This document shows, in pieces, positions 31,036-39,513 of a stretch of DNA of 64,000 nt (the first letter of the stretch is position 1; each line of letters begins with the position of its first letter). A program made the translations under genes and the position numbers. Location: IMG/VR virus record IMGVR_UViG_3300017722_005389, one strand, 5' to 3'. The notes under the pieces were generated by a model. It did no database searches. It was given only the letters and a program-made list of their open reading frames with translations, and had not been told where the DNA came from. The stretch comes from a virus. Lineage: Duplodnaviria; Caudoviricetes.

Positions 31036-31547
31036 TGAAAATCGGTAATATTCTAACGAATTCTTTATACGTTCCAGATTATTTGAATAATGTTTCTTTT
31101 GTGGAAGAATGTGTTCCTACGATTATTGTCGGATGGAAAGCTGCAAAAGAACTTTATCCAGATATGTCATTAAGAGATTGGAAAATTTCCGATAATATTT
31201 ATTGGACTATGGATAGTCAAGATGATAAAATGAAAATGGAAAGTGATCTTTTGAGGTTTAAATCTATATGTTTGGACACCATAATAAAAAAATATCAGTT
31301 CACTTATATTGATTTATTGCTGAATCCTTCACCAGCACTTGATTTCAGCCATTCCGACAAAATACTTTTGACAAACAGTATAATCTATATTAAGAATCTC
31401 AAAAGTATTGTCTCTATATCTTTAGAATTAAGTAGTAGTGTAGGTTATGATATATTTAAACTTATTCCTAATAATATTTTAGTGTTGGATGAAACAGCCG
31501 AAAACAAATTTGGCGTGGAAAATAAATTTTTATTATGTTTTTTATAG
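31035..31547 (+). CDS. Hypothetical protein
   Basis: 170 aa ORF with TAATG overlap. Confidence 0.7.
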   Translation: MKIGNILTNSLYVPDYLNNVSFVEECVPTIIVGWKAAKELYPDMSLRDWKISDNIYWTMDSQDDKMKMESDLLRFKSICLDTIIKKYQFTYIDLLLNPSPALDFSHSDKILLTNSIIYIKNLKSIVSISLELSSSVGYDIFKLIPNNILVLDETAENKFGVENKFLLCFL

Positions 31548-31554
31548 TTAATGA

Positions 31555-31561
31555 TATTTAT
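31555..31561 (+). promoter_or_regulatory. TATTTAT upstream motif
   Basis: 32 nt before ATG 31594. Confidence 0.5.
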
Positions 31562-31593
31562 AATAAAACAAATTAACTTAAAACCTTAAAACT

Positions 31594-31731
31594 ATGGCAT
31601 GCGGAAAACCTGTTGGAAGAGTATTCACAAATGGACTTTGTTTGAATCCTAAAACAAACTACAGATATAATCAAGACACTGCTTCAGATAATATTGTAGC
31701 GATCTTCAAAGCAAAATATAATTTACTATGA
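31594..31731 (+). CDS. Small protein, 45 aa (not in ORF track)
   Basis: MACGKPVGRVFTNGLCLNPKTNYRYNQDTASDNIVAIFKAKYNLL; follows the motif and has an ATGA overlap with the next ORF. Confidence 0.6.
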   Translation: MACGKPVGRVFTNGLCLNPKTNYRYNQDTASDNIVAIFKAKYNLL

Positions 31732-31901
31732 TTAATGATAAAAAGAATGAAGCACTTGATGCCTTTTTAGGTGAAGAAAGTGTGAAAGAAACAAAAAAAG
31801 AAACTGTAAAAACAGTTAAAAAAACATCTAAATCAGGCGAAATCGTAGAACATGTTGAGAAGAAACTTGTTCTTGAAGATGGAAGACAACTTTTAATATG
31901 A
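31728..31901 (+). CDS. Small protein, 57 aa (not in ORF track)
   Basis: MINDKKNEALDAFLGEE...KKLVLEDGRQLLI; ATGA overlaps at both ends. Confidence 0.7.
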   Translation: MINDKKNEALDAFLGEESVKETKKETVKTVKKTSKSGEIVEHVEKKLVLEDGRQLLI

Positions 31902-32632
31902 GAAAATTGGATATTGACAAAATCAGTAGAAGACTAATACAGATAACAGAGGCTATTAGCCCTGAAAGTTATTATTCTTTAGATGAAGACGATGTATTGA
32001 GCGAACAGGATGCAGCTCCTGCTGAAGGTGAAGGGGCTATAGATCAAGAATTAGATCAGATTATGGCTGGTGTTGGTGGTGAAACACCTGCAGCTGAAGG
32101 AGCACCTGCAGCACCAACTGACCCTACAGCTCCACCTGCAGCACCTGCAGCAACTCCTACTACTCCAGAGGCAGTACCAACTGAACCTATGGCTCCAGAA
32201 ACACCTTCTGAAGAGGAAGTAGAGGTAGATGTTACAGACATTGTAAATAAAGTTGAGGGAACAGAAAATTCTGTTGAAGATGTTGAAGAAAAGATTGACA
32301 ATATTGGAAGCCAGCTTAATCAATACATTGAGAAACTTACACAAGTTAACAGTGAATTGATGGATAAGATTTCTGAACTTGAATCTAACATGAATAAACA
32401 ATTTTCAAAAAGAAATCCCACTCCAAATGAACAATTAATGTTGAGGTCTATGTCTTCATATCCTTATAATCAAAAATTATCAGATTACTGGGAAATAGGT
32501 GAAAAAGATTATTTCAAACCAAAAGGTAATATGGTTGATGATACAGAAGATGAAGAACCTGAAGAATACATTTTAACAAAAGACGATATTGAAAGTACAT
32601 TTAACCCAACGGATATTAAAAAAACTTTCTAA
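31898..32632 (+). CDS. Acidic Pro/Ala-linker coiled-coil protein (possible scaffold/internal head protein)
   Basis: 244 aa, D/E-rich, with a PAAPAA linker and heptad region. Confidence 0.6.
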   Translation: MRKLDIDKISRRLIQITEAISPESYYSLDEDDVLSEQDAAPAEGEGAIDQELDQIMAGVGGETPAAEGAPAAPTDPTAPPAAPAATPTTPEAVPTEPMAPETPSEEEVEVDVTDIVNKVEGTENSVEDVEEKIDNIGSQLNQYIEKLTQVNSELMDKISELESNMNKQFSKRNPTPNEQLMLRSMSSYPYNQKLSDYWEIGEKDYFKPKGNMVDDTEDEEPEEYILTKDDIESTFNPTDIKKTF

Positions 32633-32710
32633 AAATTGAACTATTTGCATTTTGATGCAGTTATACTTACAACTTACATTTATTTTTAACAACTTAAAAT
32701 TTTACAACTT

Positions 32711-33787
32711 ATGGCAATCGGTAATCAAAACGCTACAGGAAGTAGCAAAAAAATCGAATCACCTTTCAAAGGTTTTACGAATTACAATCTTCAAGTTTTC
32801 ACAAAAGATGGTGAAAACGTTTTTAAAATTGAAAGAAGTTTCATCATGAATTCCCCAAAGGAAGAAATGTTTGATTCTGAAGAAGAGTTTAAAAAGGCTG
32901 AAGCGGAACATTCAAAGCTTATGGCAAAGTATCGCAAACATGTTGAGAAATGTCAATTGAATCCGACAGATAAAGATTCTTCTTACTATATCAGACAATA
33001 TGAAAGAAACATGAAACTTCAATCTGAAGGTGGGGATAAAGTGATTTACGCATCATATCCTGCGGAAACTCCCACTTCAAATATGATTGATGGAGTCATT
33101 TTTAACATGTCTCAAAAACTGGATGTTATTTCAGACAAGCAAAAAACTGAAAAAGTTTACTTTGATTTGGTAGATTTCAAAAATAAAGAAATCTATCGTG
33201 TCAACAGTAGCTTTTCTACAGCAACAAGAGGTTGGTTAGATTCTATGCTTAGAATTGAAGATTTCAAAAATCCTATTCAATTGAAATTTGAAATTGAAAT
33301 GGATGCACAGAAAGATTTCAAAGAGCCAAAGCTTAGAGATGGGAAACAAATCATCAACGCTGTGCTTATGAATGAATTCAGAGATGGATACTATCGTAAG
33401 AAAGTTAAGCCTCTTTACTATCAGTATGAAAAACTGAAAGAAGGTGAAAAGGGTAAGAAAGGTGAAACCCACAAACATATCTGCACTGAACCTGATGCTC
33501 AAGAATATCATGATGCACTTCAGTTTGCTATCAAGAAAAGCTTCAATGGAGATATCATTGATTTCTTTGTGAATAAAGTAAATAACGTTATTATTCCAAG
33601 AATTCAAAAGAGTATGGTTGAACTTTTTGATGAAAAAGGTTATTCAGTAGAATACATGAAAAATGAAAAAACTGAATTGTTCACACCTTATTTTAAAAGA
33701 AGTGGCAATACTCCTTCTGAAGAAGAATTTGTTTCTAATGAAGTTAGTGCCTCAACAAAATTCAATGAAGAAGACTTACCCTTTTAA
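32711..33787 (+). CDS. Probable single-stranded DNA-binding protein
   Basis: Ends in acidic EEDLPF, an SSB C-terminal tail; heads the replication cluster. Confidence 0.55.
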   Translation: MAIGNQNATGSSKKIESPFKGFTNYNLQVFTKDGENVFKIERSFIMNSPKEEMFDSEEEFKKAEAEHSKLMAKYRKHVEKCQLNPTDKDSSYYIRQYERNMKLQSEGGDKVIYASYPAETPTSNMIDGVIFNMSQKLDVISDKQKTEKVYFDLVDFKNKEIYRVNSSFSTATRGWLDSMLRIEDFKNPIQLKFEIEMDAQKDFKEPKLRDGKQIINAVLMNEFRDGYYRKKVKPLYYQYEKLKEGEKGKKGETHKHICTEPDAQEYHDALQFAIKKSFNGDIIDFFVNKVNNVIIPRIQKSMVELFDEKGYSVEYMKNEKTELFTPYFKRSGNTPSEEEFVSNEVSASTKFNEEDLPF

Positions 33788-33806
33788 CTAACCCTATAAT
33801 TAACTC

Positions 33807-33843
33807 AGGTTCTCATTTTTTTATAAGGTGAGAACCTTTTTTA
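33807..33843 (+). terminator. Intrinsic terminator
   Basis: AGGTTCTCA-13 nt-TGAGAACCT followed by a T run. Confidence 0.75.
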
Positions 33844-33855
33844 TATTTTAAAATT

Positions 33856-34356
33856 ATGGATTTACATACATTAAATAAAAAAATTTTAAAAGGCGTTAGC
33901 TTAGAAGATGGAGATTTCAGAAATAATGCTTTAGAAGCCTTAATAAAAATTTATGAATCTGGAGCAGAATTCAAAAAAAGTAAGCTTCATGGCTCAGATA
34001 TTGATTTAGATTTTATTTCTGCAGATATGTCAAATATTGCATCATATATGTTTACAATAGGAATGGCAAAATCTATATCTAAAACACTTTTAGAAAACTC
34101 ACAAGCTGTAGCTGACAGAAAATTATATGATACCGATAGAGAGTATTATAAAAATTCGTCTAAATCTTCTACTATTCATACTACAAACATAAGGGGTATG
34201 GATGAGGTTAGACCATTCTTTCAATTATATTATCTTTTCAATGAGTTATATGAAGATTTAAATAGGCTTTTTGAAGGCTTAAGATCTATTTCCTCCAATA
34301 GAAGATTTGAGATTGAAAAAGGATTGATTGATTATACCATTAGAAAAAAGAAATAA
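33856..34356 (+). CDS. Hypothetical helical protein (weak UvsY-like resemblance)
   Basis: 166 aa; ends ...LRSISSNRRFEIEKG; follows the SSB-like gene. Confidence 0.5.
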   Translation: MDLHTLNKKILKGVSLEDGDFRNNALEALIKIYESGAEFKKSKLHGSDIDLDFISADMSNIASYMFTIGMAKSISKTLLENSQAVADRKLYDTDREYYKNSSKSSTIHTTNIRGMDEVRPFFQLYYLFNELYEDLNRLFEGLRSISSNRRFEIEKGLIDYTIRKKK

Positions 34357-34388
34357 CAATATTTTATAACCAATTTAAATTATTTATT

Positions 34389-34628
34389 ATGCTTGAAGAA
34401 ATTTTAGAACTTTATTCTGAAGAAGAATTATTGATTGCAGATGGATTTAATGATGCCATTATAGGTATCGATGGAAATTCGTTAAGAATTATCTATTCCG
34501 TAACAAAATGTATTGAAATTCTAATGAAAGATATGCCTGAAGAAGATGCATTAGAATATTTTAGTTATAATGTATCTGGTGCATATGTAGGTGAAAAAAC
34601 CCCTATATGGTGTGAAGATAATTTTTAA
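34389..34628 (+). CDS. Conserved small phage protein of unknown function
   Basis: ADGFNDAIIG...YS..KCI.IL...EDALEYF.YNV.GAYVGEKTPI pattern. Confidence 0.75.
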   Translation: MLEEILELYSEEELLIADGFNDAIIGIDGNSLRIIYSVTKCIEILMKDMPEEDALEYFSYNVSGAYVGEKTPIWCEDNF

Positions 34629-34644
34629 TGTTCCACGTGAAACA
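34629..34644. promoter_or_regulatory. parS: parS-consensus centromere-like palindrome
   Basis: TGTTCCACGTGAAACA matches the consensus TGTTNCACGTGAAACA exactly; intergenic. Confidence 0.8.
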
Positions 34645-34653
34645 ATTTGAAAA

Positions 34654-35775
34654 ATGAAAACTTTATTAGTAGATGGAAACTCCTTGTTCAAAAATTCTTT
34701 TGAAGCCACAAGCAATACAAAAGAATATGAAAAGAATATCAACGGAGTTTTACTTTTTTTATCAAAATTAAGATCTATTGTTGATTCAGATCGGTACTCT
34801 CATCTTAAAGTAGTCTTCGATGGAGAAAAAAGTGGCTCCTTAAGAAGAAATCTCTATTCTGCGTATAAACTTAAGCGAGAAGAAAGAAAATTGAATGCAG
34901 AGGAAACTGAAAAGAATCAGAAATATAAATCTCAAAAGGAGGAGTTAAAATCCTACCTGAAACATTTCTGCTTAGTTTATGAAGATAAAGTTGTAGAAGC
35001 TGATGATGTTATTGCTTATTATGTAAGAAATAAACCTTCAAATGAAAAAATAACAATTGTCACTGGAGATTTTGATTTGCTTCAATTAATTTCAAAAGAT
35101 GTAGATGTTTATTATCTGAATAAAAAATTCAAAAATAAGACCAGGGAGGTTGAAAGATATGAAAAAGATAAAGATAGAGTTCATCTAATAATAGATCATA
35201 AAAATTTCAAAAAGTTTTATGGGTTTCCTTATGAGAATATTGCTATAATTAAAACAATTTGTGGCGATGAATCTGATGAAATAAAAAATATAAAGGGTAT
35301 AAAAGAAACAACATTATTCAATTTATTTCCAGTTTTAAAAGAAAAAGTTTTAAATTTAGAAGAAATTAAACATATTTGTTTGAACTTTGTTAAAAATGCT
35401 GATGTTATCTCCAGTGACAAAGAAAAATTTTCTTTATTAAAGGAAGATTTGAAACAAAAAGGTTTAAAATATCAATCGATGTATAATTCATACCAGAATA
35501 TTTTAAATGGTATTACAGATGGAGTACAAGGAAATAATATTCTTGAAATAAATAAAAGGATTGTTGACTTGTCAAATCTTGAATTTATTACAAATGAATG
35601 TATATTAAATCTAAAGAACTTAAATTATTTTTCTGATGAAAAAATTGAAGCCAAAGATGCAGCTGAAATGATTTCGAAAATGAAAAAAACTGGAATACAC
35701 GATGTCATAGTCGATAAATATAAATCAATTAATTATTTCTTTAAACCCTTTAAAAAAACTTTTAAAAATGCGTGA
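34654..35775 (+). CDS. 5'-3' exonuclease / RNase H (FEN-like)
   Basis: LLVDGNSL, VFDG, R...Y..YK..R, EADDVIA, TGDFDLLQL and GDESD.I..IKGI motifs. Confidence 0.92.
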   Translation: MKTLLVDGNSLFKNSFEATSNTKEYEKNINGVLLFLSKLRSIVDSDRYSHLKVVFDGEKSGSLRRNLYSAYKLKREERKLNAEETEKNQKYKSQKEELKSYLKHFCLVYEDKVVEADDVIAYYVRNKPSNEKITIVTGDFDLLQLISKDVDVYYLNKKFKNKTREVERYEKDKDRVHLIIDHKNFKKFYGFPYENIAIIKTICGDESDEIKNIKGIKETTLFNLFPVLKEKVLNLEEIKHICLNFVKNADVISSDKEKFSLLKEDLKQKGLKYQSMYNSYQNILNGITDGVQGNNILEINKRIVDLSNLEFITNECILNLKNLNYFSDEKIEAKDAAEMISKMKKTGIHDVIVDKYKSINYFFKPFKKTFKNA

Positions 35776-36859
35776 TTACACAAGGAAACCTAACAGGTTC
35801 ACATTTAGATTACTTTACAATGATGAAATAGTAACTTCTTCAGAAAGAGATTTTGATGCTCCATTTCCAGAGGAATTCAATTTATCAAAATTATTAGACA
35901 AAAAAATCCATTTGAAGGTAGATGATTCTGTAATGAATCATGTTAATTACACTAATACTTTTGAAAATTCATGGGAAGCTATAGAATTAGGAGAAGCTGT
36001 TTCAGAAATTTTTAGACTTATTTTAAGAAATGGTACTGAACAGTATCTTTATAACCTTAATAGGTCTGAAAGAACGTTGTTGCTCGGAGATATGATGTCG
36101 ATATCTGATGCTAATAAAACTATTAAGACTGAAAATAGTGCGACACAAGAATTGGTTGGTTATAGACAAAATGTTAACAATTGGTTCAAACAAAAAAATA
36201 ATAAGTACACATTCGTAATTATTGATAGACGTTCTTTAGTAAGAAGAGATAATGGGATGTTTAACGATTTGAAGGATCTGAATAACAAAATCGATGTACT
36301 TAGAGAAAAAGCTCAATACGGAAAGATTACAAAAGAAGAATTAGATATACTCAAAAGTCTTGAAAAAACGCTTCAGAGTAATTACTACGAAAGAGAAATT
36401 TTTAGGTATTCTATAAGTGCAGATGATTTTTCTTATAATGGAACTACATTTGTACCACCAATCGGAGTTATTTGGAAAGATTTCAATACTAGTTTTAATT
36501 CTCCTAATGAAGACATGAGAAGTTCTATTGAATACCATGATATTTCTGAATTCTCATCATTTTCTGAAAGAGCTATGAATTTAAGATTTAAGCTCCAGGT
36601 TATGAGAAATGCTCATCAAGAGGTTGAAAAGATGGGGGATAACATCAAAACAGCTTCAATCGAGAAAGATATCAGAAAAGTCGAATCTGAACTCATTAAG
36701 GTTGAAAATACCTACTTTAAAGGAATCCGAACTTTAATCAAAGAATATATAAATATGGATTCATACGAAAATAGGTTTTTATACCAAAGAAGTAAAAATA
36801 ATAATTACACTGTCAACAGTTCAGAAAAAGAGATAATTGAAGAAGCTATAATGATCTAA
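35768..36859 (+). CDS. Hypothetical protein
   Basis: 363 aa ORF overlapping the exonuclease end. Confidence 0.75.
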   Translation: MRDYTRKPNRFTFRLLYNDEIVTSSERDFDAPFPEEFNLSKLLDKKIHLKVDDSVMNHVNYTNTFENSWEAIELGEAVSEIFRLILRNGTEQYLYNLNRSERTLLLGDMMSISDANKTIKTENSATQELVGYRQNVNNWFKQKNNKYTFVIIDRRSLVRRDNGMFNDLKDLNNKIDVLREKAQYGKITKEELDILKSLEKTLQSNYYEREIFRYSISADDFSYNGTTFVPPIGVIWKDFNTSFNSPNEDMRSSIEYHDISEFSSFSERAMNLRFKLQVMRNAHQEVEKMGDNIKTASIEKDIRKVESELIKVENTYFKGIRTLIKEYINMDSYENRFLYQRSKNNNYTVNSSEKEIIEEAIMI

Positions 36860-36870
36860 AAAATAAAATT

Positions 36871-36899
36871 CCCTTTCTTAAAAGAAAGGGTTTTTTTTT
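36871..36899 (+). terminator. Intrinsic terminator
   Basis: CCCTTTCTT-AA-AAGAAAGGG followed by T9. Confidence 0.75.
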
Positions 36900-36935
36900 G
36901 AACGTTTTTTTATTTCCATATGTTAATCCATTATC

Positions 36936-36942
36936 TATTTAT
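36936..36942 (+). promoter_or_regulatory. TATTTAT upstream motif (helicase)
   Basis: 20 nt before ATG 36963. Confidence 0.5.
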
Positions 36943-36962
36943 CTTAACAAGGATAAAAAATT

Positions 36963-39446
36963 ATGAAGCATTTTGAAGATAAAAATATAGGATTAGGTTT
37001 TTTTGGTGAAGAATATGAATTAAAAGTTTTGAACTTAATTATAGGTTCTAAAGAAGTTAAGGGAAATGGTGTTGTAAGGGATGATTCATTTGGTCGCAAG
37101 ATAATAAATAAACTTTCTTCGGAGCATTTTACAAATACATTGGCACAAAGACTTGTTGTATCAATGAAAAATCATTATAAAGTAAATAATAAAATACCTT
37201 ATTATGATACAATAAAAGAAAGGATTTTAGCTAATGCCCAAAATGAATACGATAGAGAGCTTTTTATTGAATATTTGAGGGATATTCAAAAATCTCATAT
37301 TGAAGAGCCTAAATGGGTAAAAGATAATCTTGTAAACTTTATAAATTCTAAGAACGTATTTTCTTGTTTGGATGAAATTAAAGCATTAGTTATTCAAGGA
37401 AAATATGAAAAATTCAATGAAATACCTACACTTCTTCAGAGAAATATAATTTCTGATGTAGATGAAAATCCTTTGGAGGCATTTGTTCCTGGCGATTATC
37501 GACATTTGGAAGAAGGAGAAAGACATCCTATTCCTACAAAGATATCCGCTTTGGATTCTGATATGAATGGTGGATTAGCTTATGGAGAATTTGCGTTGTT
37601 TATTGCGCCTTCAGGTGCTGGAAAAGCTCAACCTCATTTTTGCAAGATTTACACTCCTAATGGATATAAAACATTTTCAGAAATTAAAATAGGAGATGAA
37701 ATTTTAGGGTCTGATGGTAAATGTCAGAAAGTATTAGGAGTATATTCTCAAGGAAAAAAAGAATACTATAAAGTATCTTTTACTGATAATACATATACAT
37801 ATTGCTGTAAAGATCACTTGTGGAATGTAAAAACTAAAGATGATATTACTCATAAAAAAGAGACTTATCGAACCTATTCTCTTGAAAAAATAATGGAAAA
37901 TTATAAAACAGGGAGTGGAGCTTCAAATTATAGAATACCAAGAATTCCTTTTGCAGATTTTAACAATACTGATAATTTAGATATTCATCCATATTTGTTA
38001 GGGGTTTTAATTGGAGATGGTTCATTATGTGGTAACTTTGGGATATCAAATGGTGATCAACAATTGTTAGACAAAGTGATTGAAATTCTTGGTGAGGAAT
38101 ATGAATTGGTAAAAAGAAATAAATATGATTATAGAATTAAAGACAAAAATAAACATAAAGCAAATAGATTAAAAAATTTAGTAGAAGCAGAAGGTCTTCT
38201 CGGAAAAAAGTCTTACGAAAAATTTATTCCTAAAAAATATTTGTTTGCTTCATATGAAAATAGATTGGAACTAATTAGAGGTTTAATAGATACAGATGGA
38301 TATATTGGAAAAAAAGGTAAGATTACATTTACATCTACATCTAAAAATTTAGCTGAAGAATTTAGATTTCTTGTTTTATCAGTCGGTGGATATTCTGGTC
38401 AAATTTTAGAAAAACAAAAATTTTACACTCATAAAGGTGAAAAAAAACGTGGAAGAATTTCTTATGATGTATGTGTGTCATTTAATGATGATATAAAATT
38501 GGTTTCATACATAACAAGAAAGCAATCAAGATATATTCCAAGAGATCATTATAAAAATAATAAAAGTATAAAAAATATATCTTTAGAAGGTGTTGATGAA
38601 TGTATTTGTATTAAAGTTTCTAATGAAGACCAGTTATATGTTACAGATGATTTTATTTTAACACATAACACCACATTTTCTACATATGTAAGTAACAATG
38701 CTGCAAAAGATGGTTATAATGTTCTTCAGATATTTTTTGAAGATACTGAAGAACAAATCAAAATGAAGCACGTTGCAAAGCTTATTGGTAAACCCATTAA
38801 TTTTTCTTCAAATAAAAAGAATCGTAAAGTTGTAATTAAAGAAACCGATGATAAGCTCAGAAAAATAAGTGAAAAAGGTGGAAGTCTGGTATTACATTCA
38901 ATGGATTCTACTGAAACTACTGTTGAAGATATAAAAAATCTTTATATCAGAGCACAAGAACAAGGTGTATATTTTCCAGATACAGGTGAATACAGAAAAA
39001 TTAAATTTGACTTAGTAATTATTGACTATTTAGATTGTATAAAACCTAAAAAGAATTACAGTTCTGTATGGGAAGGTCAATCTGAAATTGCAAGAGACCT
39101 TGAGAAGTTATGTGGAAAAGACCAACTTAATTTTGCATGTTGGTGTTTCACCCAAGGAACCAAAGCTTCTTTGAATGCAAAATTGGTTACAGGTGAACAA
39201 ATGGGAGGTGACTTTGGAAAATATAAAGTTGCTCACTTTGTAGCTTCTCTTGCAAGAACTTTGGAACAACAGTCAATGTGTAAAGCAACATTTTCTATTC
39301 TGAAAAGTCGTTTTGGCAGATCTGGTATCATATATCAGGATTGCATCTTTGATAATGCAAACTTAATTATTGAAATGGAGAAAGAGGAATTTCACACAGA
39401 TAAAGTAGTGAACGACATTTTAGTTGGAGCTACTGATGAAGATTAA
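36963..39446 (+). CDS. dnaB: DnaB-like replicative helicase, intein-containing
   Basis: Walker A APSGAGK|TT split by the intein; QIFFED, LVIIDYLD, TQ and KSRFG motifs; 479 aa after splicing. Confidence 0.9.
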   Translation: MKHFEDKNIGLGFFGEEYELKVLNLIIGSKEVKGNGVVRDDSFGRKIINKLSSEHFTNTLAQRLVVSMKNHYKVNNKIPYYDTIKERILANAQNEYDRELFIEYLRDIQKSHIEEPKWVKDNLVNFINSKNVFSCLDEIKALVIQGKYEKFNEIPTLLQRNIISDVDENPLEAFVPGDYRHLEEGERHPIPTKISALDSDMNGGLAYGEFALFIAPSGAGKAQPHFCKIYTPNGYKTFSEIKIGDEILGSDGKCQKVLGVYSQGKKEYYKVSFTDNTYTYCCKDHLWNVKTKDDITHKKETYRTYSLEKIMENYKTGSGASNYRIPRIPFADFNNTDNLDIHPYLLGVLIGDGSLCGNFGISNGDQQLLDKVIEILGEEYELVKRNKYDYRIKDKNKHKANRLKNLVEAEGLLGKKSYEKFIPKKYLFASYENRLELIRGLIDTDGYIGKKGKITFTSTSKNLAEEFRFLVLSVGGYSGQILEKQKFYTHKGEKKRGRISYDVCVSFNDDIKLVSYITRKQSRYIPRDHYKNNKSIKNISLEGVDECICIKVSNEDQLYVTDDFILTHNTTFSTYVSNNAAKDGYNVLQIFFEDTEEQIKMKHVAKLIGKPINFSSNKKNRKVVIKETDDKLRKISEKGGSLVLHSMDSTETTVEDIKNLYIRAQEQGVYFPDTGEYRKIKFDLVIIDYLDCIKPKKNYSSVWEGQSEIARDLEKLCGKDQLNFACWCFTQGTKASLNAKLVTGEQMGGDFGKYKVAHFVASLARTLEQQSMCKATFSILKSRFGRSGIIYQDCIFDNANLIIEMEKEEFHTDKVVNDILVGATDED
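37626..38669 (+). mobile_element. Class 3 intein with LAGLIDADG homing endonuclease (348 aa)
   Basis: Starts AQP and ends ILTHN before Thr; WCT triplet (HLW, ECICI, THN); LGVLIGDG and RGLIDTDG motifs. Confidence 0.93.
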
Positions 39447-39513
39447 ATTTTTTAACAAATTTTTTAATTTACTATTCAGATTTAGCTTCTATTTATTTAA
39501 ACAAATCAAAAAC

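Noticed and set aside
32060-32230. GCA/CCT-rich repetitive DNA of higher GC content
   Set aside because: Explained by the Pro/Ala linker of the encoded protein; it is not an array or foreign insert.
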